From Acidobacteriota bacterium (GTDB taxonomy: Bacteria > Acidobacteriota > Vicinamibacteria > Vicinamibacterales > 2-12-FULL-66-21): DNA of 24,956 nucleotides. Below, in pieces: positions 22,638 through 24,956 of the stretch. A program made the position numbers and the translations under genes. Location: NCBI GenBank assembly GCA_031431095.1, contig JANPCT010000305.1:1-24956 (forward strand), written 5' to 3'. Within the stretch, counting starts at the first letter, position 1, and each line of letters opens with the position of its first letter. The notes beneath the pieces were generated by a model, which saw nothing but the letters and a program-made list of their open reading frames with translations, was not told the origin of the DNA and ran no database searches.

Positions 22638-24154
22638 TGACTCGATTGATCCGGATTCGCGTGGCCCTCGGCATCCTGCTCGCGGCGATCGTGCTGATGG
22701 CGCACCCGCCGCGCCTCGCCGGACAACTCGCGGCGACGCCGATGGACGTCATGCCGGCCGCTCGCGCTGCGGCGTTCGTTGACGCCGCCGCCCGCGGTGT
22801 CGATTACCTTCCCGGCGAGGTCATCGTCAGGTTCAAGGACGGCGTCACGCCGGTGCGGCAGCAGCGGGCGCTCGACGCGCTGCGCAGCCGGCCGGCGGTG
22901 GCCGCGCTCGAGTGGGAGGGGGAGGTCGCGATCCTGCGCGACGCTTCGCAGCCCGACGCCACCATCCTCGCGGCGCAGCTTGCTTCGCAGCCGGAAGTTC
23001 TCTACGCCGAGCCCAACTACCTGCGGCATCACGACGCGACGCCGAACGACACGGGCTACGGTCCGCGTCAATGGAACCTCCAGGCGCTCGACATGCCGAA
23101 GGCGTGGGACATCAACCCCGGCGCCGGCAGCGGCATCATCGTCGCCGTCGTCGACTCGGGCGTGACGACGGAGAACACGACGCGGACGGTGGCGACATGG
23201 AACGGGTCGGCGATCCAGACCATCACCGTTGCTTATGCGACCAACCCCGATCTCGCGGCGAGCCGCCTCGTCAGCCCCTTCGATTTCGTCACCAACGGCG
23301 GAACCACGGTGCTCGATTCGGACGGCCACGGAACGCATGTCAGCTCGACGATCGGTGAGGACACGAACAACGCGCTCCTCGACGCCGGTATCGCCTATAA
23401 CGCGCGCATCATGCCGGTGAAGGTGTGCACCAGCTACTGGGATGTGCAGTTCGCGTTTTCCGCAGCCGGCGGGCGGGGCTTCGTGCCGAGAGACGCGGGC
23501 GGCTGTCCGACATCCGCGGTCGGCGCAGGCGTCCGTTACGCCGCCGACAACGGCGCGAAGATCATCAACATCAGTCTCGGCGGCAGCAATCCATCGGTGA
23601 CGGAACAGGAGGCGATCAGCTACGCGGTGGGCAAGGGCGCGTTCGTCGCTGTCGCCGCAGGCAACGAAAAGCTGGAGGGCAATGCGGTGCACTACCCGGC
23701 GTCGTACGCCGCATCGATCGGCGGGGCCATGGCGGTCGGCGCGACCAACCGCTCCGGTAATCGCGCCTTCTACTCCAACACCGGCAGTTACGTGGAGATC
23801 GCGGCGCCCGGAGGTGATTCGCGCGACAGCGACGCCAGCGGCAACGGATTTGTCTGGCAGTCCACGATCCGCCCCTCGCTGAGCGCTCCGTCCGCGGTGA
23901 TCTTCCCGCGATTCGATTCGTATGCGGAGGTCGGCTATTCCGGCACGTCGATGGCGACACCGCACGTCGCCGGCCTGGCGGCGCTCCTTGCCGCGCAGGG
24001 CGTCACGGCCCCCTCGGCGATCGAGGACCTGATCAAACGCACGGCGAAGTTCCTCGGAACCGCGAGCGCCAGCAACGCCAGCCGGAGCGACGACTTCGGC
24101 TTCGGCCTCATCCAACCCCGGCCCGCGCTGTTCGGGTTCGGCATCCGGAAGTAG
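22637..24154 (+). CDS. Secreted S8 (subtilase) serine peptidase with N-terminal prodomain
   Basis: SD GGAGG at 22628-22632 and a signal peptide. Prodomain Y.PGEVIVRF...YAEPNY; triad VAVVDSG / GHGTHV / GTSMATPHVAG, plus AAGN. Confidence 0.92.
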   Translation: MTRLIRIRVALGILLAAIVLMAHPPRLAGQLAATPMDVMPAARAAAFVDAAARGVDYLPGEVIVRFKDGVTPVRQQRALDALRSRPAVAALEWEGEVAILRDASQPDATILAAQLASQPEVLYAEPNYLRHHDATPNDTGYGPRQWNLQALDMPKAWDINPGAGSGIIVAVVDSGVTTENTTRTVATWNGSAIQTITVAYATNPDLAASRLVSPFDFVTNGGTTVLDSDGHGTHVSSTIGEDTNNALLDAGIAYNARIMPVKVCTSYWDVQFAFSAAGGRGFVPRDAGGCPTSAVGAGVRYAADNGAKIINISLGGSNPSVTEQEAISYAVGKGAFVAVAAGNEKLEGNAVHYPASYAASIGGAMAVGATNRSGNRAFYSNTGSYVEIAAPGGDSRDSDASGNGFVWQSTIRPSLSAPSAVIFPRFDSYAEVGYSGTSMATPHVAGLAALLAAQGVTAPSAIEDLIKRTAKFLGTASASNASRSDDFGFGLIQPRPALFGFGIRK

Positions 24155-24159
24155 GGATC

Positions 24160-24822
24160 ATGCGTTCGATTCTCCGCCGCGCGTGTGTCGCGGCCGCGCT
24201 GGGGCTGGCGCTGAGCGGCGCCCCCGCGGCGGCGCAGGGTGCGCCGTCCTCCACTGGCCTTCGCGCCTACGGTATCGTCGATTCCACTGCCCTGGCGGCA
24301 AGGGAAAGCTTCGACGCCGTGCTCGGCACCTCGCACCTCACCAGCTTCGGGGGCGGTGCGGACGTCGTCGACATCTGGAAGCATCTGTTCGTCCGCGTCG
24401 CCGTCACGCACGGGAGCAAGTCCGGCAGCCGCGTGTTCGTGTCGGGCGGGCAGGTGTTTCCGCTCGGCATTCCGTTGACCGTCACGATGACGCCAATCGA
24501 GGCAGGAGGCGGATGGCGGTTTGCCTCCTCACGCGCCAGCCGCATCGTCCCCTACCTGGGCGCCGCGTTCCTGTCGGTGGGGTACCAGGAGACGTCGAAG
24601 TTCGCGGAGGCGGCAGAGAACACGTCGCAGCGATTCGGCGGCCAGGCTGTGTTCGGCGGAGCCGAAGTCGGAATTGCGAAGTGGCTGGTAGCCTCAGGCG
24701 AAGCGCAGTATCGCCGCGTGCCCGACGCGCTCGGCGCCGGCGGCGTCTCGAAGGATTTCGGCGAGTCCGATCTCGGCGGCATCACCGCGCGCATCACGAT
24801 CGGGATCCGGGTCGTGAGGTAG
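24160..24822 (+). CDS. Outer-membrane beta-barrel protein (OmpA-like 8-stranded type, hypothetical)
   Basis: Signal peptide to AAAQ and alternating amphipathic strands (PYLGAAF, GQAVFGGAEV, GEAQYR, GITARITIGIR). It starts 5 bp after the S8 stop. Confidence 0.65.
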   Translation: MRSILRRACVAAALGLALSGAPAAAQGAPSSTGLRAYGIVDSTALAARESFDAVLGTSHLTSFGGGADVVDIWKHLFVRVAVTHGSKSGSRVFVSGGQVFPLGIPLTVTMTPIEAGGGWRFASSRASRIVPYLGAAFLSVGYQETSKFAEAAENTSQRFGGQAVFGGAEVGIAKWLVASGEAQYRRVPDALGAGGVSKDFGESDLGGITARITIGIRVVR

Positions 24823-24825
24823 CAG

Positions 24826-24857
24826 AGCTCAGTGCTCCGGGCACCGTGCTCAGTGCT
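24826..24857. repeat. Short GTGCTCA-type repeats
   Basis: gagctcagtgctccgggcaccgtgctcagtgctt after the barrel gene stop. Confidence 0.45.
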
Positions 24858-24926
24858 TAGCAGGGTGCTGAAAAACTGGCGCGCCAGGACCTTCCGCCTG
24901 AAGGCGGAAACTACAGGAACTCCAAC
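24858..24926. repeat. REP-like element copy 3 (left half only within window)
   Basis: TAGCAGGGTGCTGAAAAACTGGCGC..GGACC-TTCCGCCTGAAGGCGGAA-ACTACAGGAACTCCAACT matches copies 1 and 2. The palindrome is at 24892-24909. Confidence 0.85.
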
Positions 24927-24956
24927 TACCGACTACCCACTCTCATCGCGGGCCCG

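Overview
GC-rich bacterial genomic window. Gene content, codon usage and intergenic repeats resemble Acidobacteriota (Vicinamibacterales-like), which is an inference. About 23 probable CDSs are present, with no rRNA, tRNA, CRISPR array or transposase. Housekeeping and metabolic genes: 5'-truncated D-aminoacylase-type amidohydrolase, GH13 amylase, Zn-dependent glucose dehydrogenase, pcm, truA, ornithine cyclodeaminase family, Rid family, M16 peptidase, SSS transporter, crcB and a CheY-like regulator. The most interesting part is 4.0-10.8 kb. A secreted subtilase ending in five YVVWGN repeats is coupled to a multi-TM HD-GYP-GAF phosphodiesterase. Two stand-alone paralogues of that same GAF domain and a metallo-beta-lactamase-fold hydrolase follow. 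Two sigma54-type promoters in this block each carry the identical 11-mer ACGGAACACAG exactly 105 bp upstream of the -24 GG. Also present: a compact caspase-like protease, an 8-EF-hand exported protein, an unannotated 36-aa membrane sORF, a second subtilase plus beta-barrel pair, and GTAG-type REP elements, one enclosing an expanded 23-bp tandem array.
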